Notes under the pieces: generated by a model
Seen by the model: only the letters and a program-made list of their open reading frames with translations
Told to the model about the DNA's origin: nothing
Database searches by the model: none
Shown: positions 1 to 7,540 of the stretch, piece after piece
Position numbering within the stretch: position 1 is the stretch's first letter
How the letters are laid out: each line of letters begins with the position of its first letter
Position numbers and translations under genes: made by a program
Source of the DNA: a bacterium
GTDB taxonomy: Bacteria; J088; JAWLBW01
Length of the DNA: 22,122 nucleotides
Assembly: GCA_041690355.1 (NCBI GenBank)
Contig: JAWLHK010000019.1
Span: 62,001-84,122, forward strand
Reading direction: 5' to 3'

Positions 1-1893
1 ACGCAGCGGCGCGCCGCGCTGGTGCGCGAAGGGGCGACCCTTCTCGCGCGCACCTTCGCGGCCATGCAGGAGCGCCGCGAGGCGCCGCAGATCGATGGTT
101 ACCGGCGGGCGGTCGAGGAGGCGCTGGCCGATGAGAATGCGACCGGAGAAGGTTTCGCCGAGTCTGCGACGGACCTTCCTTCCGAGACCCCGGCCCGGCA
201 GACCGCGCTCCCGACGTCCGGCGAGGAGCCTGCCGGTCCCGCGAACGCCGACACGATACGCATCCGTCTCGATCGTCTCGAGGGGCTGCTCGACCTGGCG
301 ACCGAGTTCGATATCAGTACCTACCGGGGGAATCTCGAGCGTGACCTGGCCGACCGGCTCGCCGCCGGCGTCGACGAGCTGCAACGTGAAATCCCCGAAC
401 TGCGCCGGCATCCGCTCATGAAGCGCCTGGCCGGACTCGCCCGCGACCTGCGGCGGAATCTCGGAGAAGACGCACACCACGGGAACCGACTGGCGGGACA
501 GCTGCAGGGCGCCATCCGCTCGCTGCGCATGGTGCGGGTCGACAGCGCGCGCGCGCTGCTGGGCCGTGTCGTCGACGACGCCTGCGGCACCGCCGAACGC
601 CAGGCCGGGTTCTTCATTCAGGGCGGCGATACCGAAATCGACCGCGTCGTGCTCGATTCGCTGCGTGACCCGCTCGTGCACCTGCTGCGTAATGCGGTCG
701 CGCACGGCATCGAGGCGGCCGCAGACCGCGTCGCAGCCGGAAAACCCGCAGACGGCACAATCCGCCTCACGGCCCGGGCCGCCGGCGCGTGGGTCGAGCT
801 GGCCGTCGTCGACGACGGCCGGGGCGTCGATCCCCGGGCTATCCGGGCCCGGCTGGTCGAACAGGGCATGCTGAAGCGCGCCGAGGCCGACGGCAAGGAA
901 CAGGGCGAGCTGGTCGAGTACCTGTTTCACCCCGGATTTTCGACGGCCCGCACGGTGAACGAGCTTGCCGGTCGCGGCGTGGGGCTCGATGTCGTGCGCA
1001 GCAACGTGCGCGCCATCGGCGGCGACGTCTCGGTGTCGAGCACGCCCGGCGGGGGAACGACTTTTCATCTGCGCGTGCCGCTCACCCGCCTGACGACCCG
1101 CGGCATCGTGGTTCGCCTGGGGGCACGCTGGTTCGTCGCGCCGGTCATGAACATGGAACGCACCCTGCTCGCTTCGCGCAAGCACCTGCAGCACGTCGAG
1201 GGCCAGCTCGTGCTCGAAGTCGACGGCGTTCCGCTCCCGGCGACCCGTCTCGAATCGGTGCTCGACTGCAAATCCGACGGCGACGCGAACCGCCCGGCCA
1301 TCGTCCTGTCCGAGGGGAGGCGCCGGGGGGCGTTTCTCGTCGACGAGGTGCTCGGCGAACGCGAGTTTCTCATGCAGCCGCTCCCCTGGAACATCAAGCG
1401 GCTGCGGGCGCACGCCGGCATGACGGTGCTCGACGGCGGAGTCATCGCACCCATCCTGAATATCTCGGATCTTCTCGAAGCACCCGAGGGCCGAAGCACC
1501 GTTTCGGCCGACGAGCAGGTCAGCGAACGCCGGCGTCAGATCCTCGTCGCCGACGATTCGGTGACCAGCCGCACGCTGGAGAAGAACATCCTCGCGGCCG
1601 CCGGCTATGATATCCGCGTGGCGGTTGACGGCGAAGACGCGTGGAAACAGATCAGCGAGCGCATGCCCGACCTGGTCATCTCAGACGTCGAGATGCCCCG
1701 GCTCGACGGGCTCGGGCTCGTGAAGCGCATCCGTGCAGACCAGCGCACCAGCCGGCTTCCCGTCATCCTCGTAACGAGCCTGGGCAACGAGGAGCACCGC
1801 GCGGCCGGCGCGGCGGCGGGAGCCAGCGCCTACATCGTGAAGGGTGCGTTCGATCAGGACGAGCTGCTCCGCTCGGTCGCACGGCTTCTCTAG
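1..1893 (+). CDS. cheA: Hybrid chemosensory histidine kinase CheA with C-terminal receiver domain (FrzE/WspE-like), 5' truncated by the window edge
   Basis: Frame 1 is open from base 1. It contains a dimerisation region (TIRIRLDRLEGLLDLATE), HATPase boxes (DPLVHLLRNAVAHGIE, DDGRGVD, FHPGFST, GRGVGLDVV), a CheW-like domain after LRVPLT, and a REC domain (LVADDS...ISDVEMPRLDG...LVTS...YIVK). The Hpt His must lie upstream of the window. Confidence 0.93.
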   Translation, partial: TQRRAALVREGATLLARTFAAMQERREAPQIDGYRRAVEEALADENATGEGFAESATDLPSETPARQTALPTSGEEPAGPANADTIRIRLDRLEGLLDLATEFDISTYRGNLERDLADRLAAGVDELQREIPELRRHPLMKRLAGLARDLRRNLGEDAHHGNRLAGQLQGAIRSLRMVRVDSARALLGRVVDDACGTAERQAGFFIQGGDTEIDRVVLDSLRDPLVHLLRNAVAHGIEAAADRVAAGKPADGTIRLTARAAGAWVELAVVDDGRGVDPRAIRARLVEQGMLKRAEADGKEQGELVEYLFHPGFSTARTVNELAGRGVGLDVVRSNVRAIGGDVSVSSTPGGGTTFHLRVPLTRLTTRGIVVRLGARWFVAPVMNMERTLLASRKHLQHVEGQLVLEVDGVPLPATRLESVLDCKSDGDANRPAIVLSEGRRRGAFLVDEVLGEREFLMQPLPWNIKRLRAHAGMTVLDGGVIAPILNISDLLEAPEGRSTVSADEQVSERRRQILVADDSVTSRTLEKNILAAAGYDIRVAVDGEDAWKQISERMPDLVISDVEMPRLDGLGLVKRIRADQRTSRLPVILVTSLGNEEHRAAGAAAGASAYIVKGAFDQDELLRSVARLL

Positions 1894-1895
1894 CC

Positions 1896-2981
1896 ATGTC
1901 CGGGACACCGGTTCGAGTCCTGCTGGTCGACGACTCGGTGACCTGCCGCCTCACGTTACGCCGGCTCCTCGAGGCTGAAGGCGGTTTCGAGGTCGTCGGC
2001 GAGGCTGGCAACGGGAAGTTCGCGCTGCAGCAGGTCGAAGCGCTGCGCCCCGACCTGGTGCTCATGGACATCGTCATGCCCGGTCTCGACGGACTGGAGA
2101 CCACGGGCGAAATCATGCGGACGCGGCCGACGCCGATCGTGATCGCCTCGGACCTCGTCGGGCGCGACGCGTCGCTCAATTTCAAGACCCTCGAAGCGGG
2201 CGCCATCGACATCGTGCGCAAACCGACGGCAGAAGAAGGGGCCGATCCGGAATACCGGCGCTTGCTGCTGCGCAACCTCCGTAACTGGGCTCGCGTACCG
2301 GTCGTGACCCGGCACCGGCGTCGGGGGGATGCTCCCCAGCGGCCGTCACCGCCGCGAACGGCCCCCGCGGCGGCCGCCCCGGCGCCGAAAGAGGGCTATC
2401 GGCTCGTTTGCATCGGGGCATCGACGGGCGGGCCGCCGGCACTCGAGATGATCCTGCGCGGCATCGGGCGCAATGCCCCCTGGCCGATCCTGATCGTTCA
2501 GCACATCACGGCCGGCTTCATCGATGGCTTCGCTCGCTGGCTGGCAGAAGGGACCGGCGTGCCGGCCCACGTCGCAACGTCGGGCACGATTCCGGTTCCG
2601 GGAAACGCCTATCTGGCCCCCGACACCCTGCACCTCGTGTACTCGGGCGGCGTTCTGCGCTTGAGCGAGGCGGCGCCGCGCCACGGCCACCGTCCGTCGG
2701 TCGATACCCTCTTCGAAACCGTGGCGGCCTCGGGCATCGGGGCGCAGACCCTGGGCGTGCTGCTCACCGGCATGGGCGAAGACGGAGCCCGGGGCCTGCT
2801 TCGCCTGCGCCAGGCCGGAGCGTGGACGATTGCCCAGGACGAGGCAAGCTCGGTCGTGTTCGGCATGCCGCGGGTGGCGGCCGAGATGGGCGCCGCCAGC
2901 GAGGTGCTCGGCCGCGATCGGATAGCGACCCGGTTGCTGTCGCTTTCGGCCAGTGACCCCAGGCCGGCGCAGACCCGCTGA
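1896..2981 (+). CDS. cheB: Chemotaxis response regulator protein-glutamate methylesterase CheB (FrzG/WspF-like), 361 aa
   Basis: The ATG at 1896 is 2 nt after the cheA stop. N-terminal REC domain (VLLVDDS, LMDIVMPGLDG, IVRKP), a Pro/Ala linker, and a methylesterase domain with intact triad motifs (IGASTGGP, VQHI, TGMGEDG) plus HRPSVD. Confidence 0.95.
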   Translation: MSGTPVRVLLVDDSVTCRLTLRRLLEAEGGFEVVGEAGNGKFALQQVEALRPDLVLMDIVMPGLDGLETTGEIMRTRPTPIVIASDLVGRDASLNFKTLEAGAIDIVRKPTAEEGADPEYRRLLLRNLRNWARVPVVTRHRRRGDAPQRPSPPRTAPAAAAPAPKEGYRLVCIGASTGGPPALEMILRGIGRNAPWPILIVQHITAGFIDGFARWLAEGTGVPAHVATSGTIPVPGNAYLAPDTLHLVYSGGVLRLSEAAPRHGHRPSVDTLFETVAASGIGAQTLGVLLTGMGEDGARGLLRLRQAGAWTIAQDEASSVVFGMPRVAAEMGAASEVLGRDRIATRLLSLSASDPRPAQTR

Positions 2982-2999
2982 AAAGACCGGCGATGCGGT

Positions 3000-3029
3000 T
3001 TGCGATCGCAGTGATGCGGCAGCGATAAT
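3000..3029 (+). promoter_or_regulatory. Candidate sigma70-type promoter for the PBP1B gene
   Basis: TTGCGA (3000-3005), 18-nt spacer, GATAAT (3024-3029). The ATG at 3037 is 7 nt further on. The perfect palindrome TGCGATCGCA (3001-3010) overlaps the -35. Confidence 0.4.
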
Positions 3030-3036
3030 GACCCCT

Positions 3037-5421
3037 ATGAAGTTCTCGTTTCGCATCGGGTGGGCCCGGCTGCTGGGCCTGGCGGTGCTTCTCGCCGTTC
3101 TGGGCGCGGCCGTTCTGGCGCTGAGCACCTGGCTGTACTATCGGGATGTTCGGCAGGAGGTCGAACGTCAGTTCGCCACGTACCGCTGGAAGGTGCCGAG
3201 CCGCATCTACAGCGACCGGCAGCCGCTCTTCGCCGGCATGGACATCAGAAACCAGCAGGTCATCGGCCGCCTCGAGCGCATGGGGTACCGCAAGGTCGAA
3301 GGGATACCGGAACGCCCCGGCGAGTTCGCGTACGGGAACTCGATGCTCACCATCTATCAGCGCGCGCTGAACCACCCGACCTTCGGTCACCCGGCGCGCA
3401 CGCTGCGCTTCACGCTGGCCGACGCGCTCATCGTCCGCATCGAATCGGAGGACTCGCCCGAGCCGCTCCCCATCGTCTATCTGGAACCGGAACTGCTCGG
3501 CGTGCTCGTCGGCGGCGAGTGGCACGAGCGTGAACTCGTCCGTCAGCAGGACATGCCGGCGGCAGTGACCCAGGCCGTCGTCGCCATCGAGGACCGCCGG
3601 TTCTACGAGCACCCCGGCGTCGACGTGCGCGGCCTGCTGCGTGCGCTGGTGAACGACATCCGCAAGCGGCGCCTGGCCGAAGGGGGCAGCACGCTGACAC
3701 AGCAGCTGGTGAAGAACATCATTCTGCGCGACAGCAGCCGGACGATCACGCGCAAGTATCCCGAGATGGTCATGGCCTATGCCATCGACCGGGAGTACAG
3801 CAAGGAAGAGATCCTCACCAAGTACCTGAACGAGATCTACTTCGGTCAGCATGGCCGCTTCGAGGTGCGCGGCATCGGCGCCGCCGCCCGCTACTATTTC
3901 AACAAGCCGATCGAAGAGGTCACCCTCGGCGAGGCGGCGACCCTGGCCGGGATCATCCACGGACCCAACCTGTACAGCTCGGGCGGGACGCTGCGCGTCG
4001 ACAAGGCGACCGCACGCCGGAACCTGGTGCTCGACGCCATGTACCAGGCGGGCTACATCACGGAAGATGCCCTGCGGGCCGCCAAGATTGCCCCCCTCGA
4101 GACGGCCCGCGCCCGCAAGACCCGCAAGCTCGCACCCTACTTCGTCGATCTCCTGCGGCGGCAGCTGCAGCAGGATTACAGCCTCGACGGACTGGCGCAG
4201 GAAGGGCTCGGCATCTACACGACGCTGCAGATGCCGGTGCAGGAGGCTGCCGAACAGGCCGTGGTGCAGACGCTGGGCCAGCTCGAACGGCGCTACACGC
4301 GCCTGCGGCGCAGCGATCCGCAACAGCAGCTGCAGGCGGCCGTCGTCGTTCTGCGGCCCGGAACCGGGGAGATCGTGGCGCTGGTGGGCGGACGTGACTA
4401 CGCGACGACCCAGTACGACCGTATCCACCGCAGCATGCGCCAGCCCGGCAGCCTCATCAAGCCCTTCGTTTTTCTGACGGCGCTTGCCGACCGGGACCGG
4501 CGCTTCGAGGGCGGATTCGGGCCGCTCTACCCCCTCGAAGACACCGAAACGACCTTTCACTACCGCGGCGTCGACTACGTGCCCCAGAACTATACGCGTT
4601 CACACGCGGGAACCCTTGCGGCGTGGAGCGCGCTGGCCCGCTCTGTGAACGTGCCTGCCGTGGCCGTGCTCGAGCGCACCGGCGTTCCCGCGCTGGAGCA
4701 GACGCTTCGCGATTTCGGCGTGACGACGCCAGTCGCCGACTTTCTGCCGACCGCGCTGGGGGCCAGCGAAATGTATCCCATCGAGCTTGCCCGGGCCTAC
4801 GGCGCGCTGGCCGCCGGCGGGGTCATGGCTGACTCCCGGGCGCTTTCGAGCGTGGTCGATTCGGGCGGCAATCTCCTGCAGCATTCGCCGGTCGAGCTAC
4901 GGACGGCGGCCGATCCGGTGGCCGTTGCAATGCTCAACGGCATGCTCGCGCAGGTCGTCGACCACGGGACGGCCGCCGCGATCCGGAGCGCGGGCATCGC
5001 GGCGCCGCTTGCGGGCAAGACTGGCACGACCAGTGACGGAAAAGATGCCTGGTTCGTGGGCTACGCGCCCGACGTCGTGGCCCTGGTCTGGGTCGGCTTC
5101 GATACCCCGACGCCGCTGGGGCTGACCGGCTCACAGGCGGCGCTGCCAATCTGGATTGATCTCATGCAGAGCTTCGACCTTTCGGGCGAGGAGTTCATCC
5201 TCCCCGAAGGGGCCGAGGTTCGCGAGATCGATCGGGTGAGCGGCGGCCTCGCCGTGACGGGCTGCCCTGCGGCCCAGAGGATCCGCCTCGTATTCGATGC
5301 CGGCGACGAAGTTCCCGCGTGCCCGCTGCATGCCGCCGCCGCCGCGACCGCCCCGAGCGCCCCTGCCACGTTGACGGCCCCCGTTCAGGCCCCGTTGCCG
5401 GCGGCGGCAAGACCGGAGTAA
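3037..5421 (+). CDS. mrcB: Class A bifunctional penicillin-binding protein, PBP1B-type (alternative start 3028)
   Basis: N-terminal TM helix and a UB2H-like insert (LERMGYRKVEGIPERPGEF...LEPELLG). Glycosyltransferase motifs EDRRFYEHPGVD, GGSTLTQQLVKN, RKYPE and KEEILTKYLNEIYFG. Transpeptidase motifs SxxK (PGSLIKP), SxN (RSVN) and KTG (GKTGTT). Confidence 0.9.
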   Translation: MKFSFRIGWARLLGLAVLLAVLGAAVLALSTWLYYRDVRQEVERQFATYRWKVPSRIYSDRQPLFAGMDIRNQQVIGRLERMGYRKVEGIPERPGEFAYGNSMLTIYQRALNHPTFGHPARTLRFTLADALIVRIESEDSPEPLPIVYLEPELLGVLVGGEWHERELVRQQDMPAAVTQAVVAIEDRRFYEHPGVDVRGLLRALVNDIRKRRLAEGGSTLTQQLVKNIILRDSSRTITRKYPEMVMAYAIDREYSKEEILTKYLNEIYFGQHGRFEVRGIGAAARYYFNKPIEEVTLGEAATLAGIIHGPNLYSSGGTLRVDKATARRNLVLDAMYQAGYITEDALRAAKIAPLETARARKTRKLAPYFVDLLRRQLQQDYSLDGLAQEGLGIYTTLQMPVQEAAEQAVVQTLGQLERRYTRLRRSDPQQQLQAAVVVLRPGTGEIVALVGGRDYATTQYDRIHRSMRQPGSLIKPFVFLTALADRDRRFEGGFGPLYPLEDTETTFHYRGVDYVPQNYTRSHAGTLAAWSALARSVNVPAVAVLERTGVPALEQTLRDFGVTTPVADFLPTALGASEMYPIELARAYGALAAGGVMADSRALSSVVDSGGNLLQHSPVELRTAADPVAVAMLNGMLAQVVDHGTAAAIRSAGIAAPLAGKTGTTSDGKDAWFVGYAPDVVALVWVGFDTPTPLGLTGSQAALPIWIDLMQSFDLSGEEFILPEGAEVREIDRVSGGLAVTGCPAAQRIRLVFDAGDEVPACPLHAAAAATAPSAPATLTAPVQAPLPAAARPE

Positions 5422-5424
5422 TTC

Positions 5425-6057
5425 ATGACCGCTACCCGTATTGCCCTCTTGCTCGCCGCCCTGCTGGCTGGCGCGTGCAGCCACACCCCCGAACCGCGCT
5501 TCGACGCCGGTCTCCCCGCACCGCTCGAGTTTCCCCACGCGGGGACGGCCTACGTGCCTGCGCCGGATCCGGGCGCACTCGGCGGTCTGCCCGACGAGGG
5601 GGAGGCCCCGTTCGCCGAAGAGGCCACCGCAGTCGCCCACGAAGCGCCCGTGACCTCGCCGCCGGCGGTCGGGCGTGAAAGTCTTCTCGCCTTGGGCGAC
5701 CGTTCTGTACCGCGCCAATATGCATCGCTGAATCTGGCCGAAGAAGGCCGCCGGCTGCGCACGGCCGGCGATTCCGTCAAAGCGCGCGCACGCCTTCAGT
5801 CTGCCCTGCAGGTCTGGGGAAACAATCCGCTGGCCCGGTATTATCTGGGTCTGCTGGAGTTCGAAGCCGGCCAGTATGCGCAGGCCGCCGCTTTCGCTCG
5901 GGTTGCCGCCCGCGGGCTGCGCGCCTGGCCCTACTGGCAGGCCCGGGCGCATCTGCTCGTCGCCGAATCCGAAGCGCGGCTGGGTGAAGCCGGCCAGGCC
6001 GAAGCGGCGCGCCGGCGGGCACTCGAGCTCGACCCGTTCGTCTCGCTCGAAGACTAG
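5425..6057 (+). CDS. TPR-repeat lipoprotein, LpoP-like architecture (putative PBP1B activator)
   Basis: Starts 3 nt after the PBP stop, with a GGAG SD. Signal peptide ends in lipobox LAGA-C18, followed by a ~65-aa Pro/Ala/Glu-rich linker and C-terminal TPR-like helices (ARLQSALQVWGNNPLARYYLG...GQYAQA...LGEAGQAEAARRRALELDP). Confidence 0.75.
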   Translation: MTATRIALLLAALLAGACSHTPEPRFDAGLPAPLEFPHAGTAYVPAPDPGALGGLPDEGEAPFAEEATAVAHEAPVTSPPAVGRESLLALGDRSVPRQYASLNLAEEGRRLRTAGDSVKARARLQSALQVWGNNPLARYYLGLLEFEAGQYAQAAAFARVAARGLRAWPYWQARAHLLVAESEARLGEAGQAEAARRRALELDPFVSLED

Positions 6058-6596
6058 TCGGCGGCTTTCGTCGTGGGGGCGGCGGCCCGCGCGGTTTCAG
6101 CAAGAAGGCCGTCGATGCGTTCCTTCCATTCCTTGGACGACCAGTCGCGCGGGCCGAACACGATTTCGCGCACGACGCCCCGGGTGTCGATCAGGAGGGT
6201 CGTGGGGAGACCGCGTACGCCGTAATCGTCCATGATGCGCCCCTTTTCGTCGAGGAGCACCGGAAAGTTCACCGGGCGTTTCTTCAGGAAGTCGAGGGCC
6301 GCCTTGAGCTCGTCATCTTCGTTGATGGCGAGAATCGTGAACTTCTCGGGCGGGTAGGCGCTCTGCAGATCGCGAAGGTCGGGGATCTCGGCCTTGCAGG
6401 GGCCGCACCAGCTGGCCCAGAAGTTCACCAGCACGACCCGCCCCCGGTAATCGGTCAGCGAGCGCCTCGTTCCGTCGATCAGGTTTGCGCTGAAGCGCGG
6501 CGCCTGGTGGCCGATGCGCGGCGCCTCGGGACGCAACGCGAGAGCCGGCGCCGCCGTCACGAGAAGAAGCAGAACCGCCGCCAGGGGCCGCTTCAC
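6054..6596 (-). CDS. TlpA/ResA-family thiol-disulfide oxidoreductase with probable cleavable signal peptide
   Basis: Active site VLVNFWASWCGPCKAEIP, cis-Pro loop GLPTTLLID, C-terminal GPRDW. The N-terminus MKRPLAAVLLLLVTAAPALA ends in an AxA site. The GTG start overlaps the upstream stop (GTGA). Confidence 0.9.
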   Translation of the reverse strand: MKRPLAAVLLLLVTAAPALALRPEAPRIGHQAPRFSANLIDGTRRSLTDYRGRVVLVNFWASWCGPCKAEIPDLRDLQSAYPPEKFTILAINEDDELKAALDFLKKRPVNFPVLLDEKGRIMDDYGVRGLPTTLLIDTRGVVREIVFGPRDWSSKEWKERIDGLLAETARAAAPTTKAAD

Positions 6597-7180
6597 TGCG
6601 CCTCGGCCGGCTGGGTGACCGGGGCCTGCTGATTTGCCGTCGGCGCGGCCACGCCGCTCTTGCCGACCAGCTCGGCGACCATCAGCACCGACTCGCGATC
6701 GGTCCAGTCTCGGGGGCCGATGATTTTGCGGCGCACGATGCCGTCGCGATCGATGAGGTAGGACTCGGGGAGCCCCGTGGTACCGTAGAGGTCCTGCGTC
6801 GATCCGGTCTCGTCGACGGCGATGGGAAAATTCAGGTCGTGCGTCTGCGCGAACGGTACGACGGCGCTGGCCCCCTCAGGATCGAGGGCGACGGCGACGA
6901 CCTCGAAATCCTGGCGGCGGAAATGTTTCTGCAGATCACGCAGCGACGGCATCTCCTTGACGCAGGGGGCGCACCAGGTGGCCCAGAAGTTCAGGAGTAC
7001 GACCTTGCCGCGCATGTCGCGCAGCTCGCCCTGACCGCCAAAGGCGCCCGGAAGCTTGAAGTTCGGGGCCTCGTCTCCCTCGCTCACAGCCGCGCGGGGG
7101 GCGCTGTCGAGGACGATGTAGACGACAAAGCCGACCAGAATGAGCGCGGCGACGCCGGCGAGCAGAAGGCCTTTCTTCAC
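6593..7180 (-). CDS. TlpA/ResA-family thiol-disulfide oxidoreductase, membrane-anchored, 195 aa
   Basis: GTG start at 7180 with an AAGGA SD 9 nt upstream. N-terminal TM helix, then LLNFWATWCAPCVKEMP, GLPESYLID and GPRDW. Confidence 0.9.
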   Translation of the reverse strand: MKKGLLLAGVAALILVGFVVYIVLDSAPRAAVSEGDEAPNFKLPGAFGGQGELRDMRGKVVLLNFWATWCAPCVKEMPSLRDLQKHFRRQDFEVVAVALDPEGASAVVPFAQTHDLNFPIAVDETGSTQDLYGTTGLPESYLIDRDGIVRRKIIGPRDWTDRESVLMVAELVGKSGVAAPTANQQAPVTQPAEAQ

Positions 7181-7211
7181 GGTACGCAATCCTTGGTGTG
7201 ATGTTGCCGTT

Positions 7212-7217
7212 ATTCTA
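7212..7217 (-). promoter_or_regulatory. Candidate -10 element (TAGAAT) for the tlpA pair
   Basis: TAGAAT lies ~31 nt upstream of the GTG at 7180, in a relatively AT-rich spacer. There is no convincing -35. Confidence 0.3.
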
Positions 7218-7244
7218 CCGGATTCGGCCGCCGGGCTTCCACGC

Positions 7245-7496
7245 TTATCGCGACCCGGCGTAAAGCCGCTCGATGCGCTCTGCGAGCCCGTCATCGACCC
7301 GCCACCGGAAAAGGATCCGGTCTTCGTAGAAGAGTGCGGGCACCAGGGTACCGTAGCGCTCGAGGGCCCCCGGCTCGCGGTCGACGTCGATGAGGTCGAT
7401 CGTCATCGCGAAGCGCTCACGCAGCGGCGCCAGCGCCTCGAAGGCCGCTTCGCAGAGCGGGCATTGACGGCGCGTGTAGAAGCGGAAACGAAGCAT
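7245..7496 (-). CDS. Small glutaredoxin-like protein (DUF836-type), 83 aa; an alternative in-frame start at 7544 gives 99 aa
   Basis: Thioredoxin-fold pattern with a CxxC near the N-terminus (YTRRQCPLCEAA), then IDVD...LERYG..VPAL. Confidence 0.8.
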   Translation of the reverse strand: MLRFRFYTRRQCPLCEAAFEALAPLRERFAMTIDLIDVDREPGALERYGTLVPALFYEDRILFRWRVDDGLAERIERLYAGSR

Positions 7497-7503
7497 GGGC
7501 CCG

Positions 7504-7533
7504 AAAAAAACAGGGCCGCTTTCGCGGCCCTGT
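7504..7533 (-). terminator. Rho-independent terminator closing the ribosomal superoperon
   Basis: Minus strand reads ACAGGGCCGC-GAAA-GCGGCCCTGT-TTTTTT: a perfect 10-bp stem, a GNRA loop and a U-tract, starting 7 nt after the rplQ stop. Confidence 0.9.
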
Positions 7534-7540
7534 CGGGAAG

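Noticed and set aside
685..715. CheA N-box NAVAHG instead of NAVDHG as a sign of inactivation
   Set aside because: The key Asn and the G boxes are intact. This variant is known to me from other hybrid CheA proteins.
1641..1895. N-terminal extensions in the ORF track (cheB from 1641, PBP from 2953, tlpA from 7294, adk from 11582, rpsE, rplF, rplP, rpsC, rplC, rpsQ)
   Set aside because: Most overlap the upstream gene, and all precede the family-typical N-terminus. Downstream starts, mostly with SDs, fit better.
2764..4560. 598-aa minus-strand ORF opposite cheB/PBP1B
   Set aside because: Antisense shadow of a GC-rich gene, with no motifs.
6054..7496. Selenocysteine-containing redoxins
   Set aside because: All three CxxC motifs use ordinary Cys codons, with no in-frame TGA at the active sites.
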